This document shows, piece after piece, positions 31,738 to 32,000 of a stretch of 32,000 nt of DNA. The notes below the pieces were generated by a model. That model had not been told where the DNA came from and made no database searches. It worked only from the letters and a program-made list of their open reading frames with translations. The DNA is from Pyrolobus fumarii 1A (GTDB lineage: Archaea > Thermoproteota > Thermoprotei_A > Sulfolobales > Pyrodictiaceae). Position 1 is the first letter of the stretch, and every line of letters starts with the position of its first letter. Location of the stretch: contig NC_015931.1 in the NCBI RefSeq assembly GCF_000223395.1, positions 900,001 to 932,000 of the forward strand, read 5' to 3'. The position numbers and the translations under genes are program-made.

Positions 31738-32000
31738 TTGTCCGAGGAGAAGGGGGCTATTGAGAAAATCAGCATCTTTGGCAACTCGAACATAGGGGTC
31801 TACATATTCGCCAACAACAAATTTGCGCTAGTGCCGCCCGGCGTAGCCGAGAGCGACAAGAAGAGGATACGTGATACTCTCGGAGTGGACATAATAGAGG
31901 TCAAGATAGCAGACATGATAATCAATGGAGTGATGGTTGCGGGTAACGACAGGGGGTTGCTTCTCCCAAGGATAGTCAAGCCTGAGGAGATAGACGAGCT
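31738..32000 (+). CDS. eif6: Translation initiation factor 6 (aIF6), 5' part, runs off the window
   Basis: My own translation from the TTG at 31738 gives (M)SEEKGAIEKISIFGNSNIGVYIFANNKFALVPPGVAESDKKRIRDTLGVDIIEVKIADMIINGVMVAGNDRGLLLPRIVKPEEIDE. The SIFG..NIGVY and G.L.P motifs are aIF6-like. It is absent from the ORF track because no stop occurs before the window end. Confidence 0.8.
   Translation, partial: MSEEKGAIEKISIFGNSNIGVYIFANNKFALVPPGVAESDKKRIRDTLGVDIIEVKIADMIINGVMVAGNDRGLLLPRIVKPEEIDE

Noticed and set aside
1-32000. CRISPR arrays, transposases or integrases, prophage or integrated-element borders, rRNA and tRNA genes, inteins in rgy/lhr/radA.
   Set aside because: I saw no regularly spaced direct repeats and no recombinase-like ORFs. 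Intergenic DNA holds no tRNA-like cloverleaves. The protein lengths of rgy (1219 aa), lhr (955 aa), radA (322 aa) and the aminoacyl-tRNA synthetases are normal and show no intein-like insertions.

Overview
This is a gene-dense chromosomal segment from a hyperthermophilic archaeon, almost certainly a crenarchaeote. The markers are reverse gyrase, GatD/GatE, two Alba paralogs, RadA, eS30/eL39/eL31/aIF6, archaeal-type ThrRS and AlaRS, and TATA-box promoters with short leaders. Nearly everything is core housekeeping. In order: PPP phosphatase, ThiI-like THUMP protein, small HTH regulator, protein disulfide oxidoreductase, gatE, gatD, rps30e, alba, nnr, a methyltransferase, reverse gyrase, alba2, Lhr helicase, a cluster of small genes, HIT protein, A24-type peptidase-like membrane protein, radA, acs, thrS, glmS, a nucleotidyltransferase/LbH paralog, alaS, rpl39e, rpl31e and the 5' part of aIF6. 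I found no CRISPR array, transposase, integrase, rRNA or tRNA, and no convincing multi-gene defence or mobile system. The ORF track does not explain several small structured RNAs. One is a textbook double-guide box C/D sRNA 5 nt after the gatE stop (3086-3134, minus). Another is a tandem k-turn RNA unit with its own TATA box (14390-14521, minus). Its second member is a canonical C/D sRNA whose two guides, judged from my memory of the conserved 23S sequence, look complementary to the two strands of the peptidyl-transferase central loop that flank helix 89. Its D box overlaps the AUG of an uncharacterised ORF that sits in an operon with Alba2. A weaker third k-turn candidate lies antisense to the glmS promoter. 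Secondary observations: a divergent CxxC-regulator/PDO pair with a thrice-repeated AACAC(G/T)TG motif, a ThiI paralog with a degenerate PP-loop, a GlmU-like paralog lacking the nucleotide-binding loop, inverted repeats bracketing several TATA boxes, and a cluster of uncharacterised small proteins. All functional assignments come from motif recognition by eye. Gene starts are often GTG/TTG and uncertain by tens of nucleotides.
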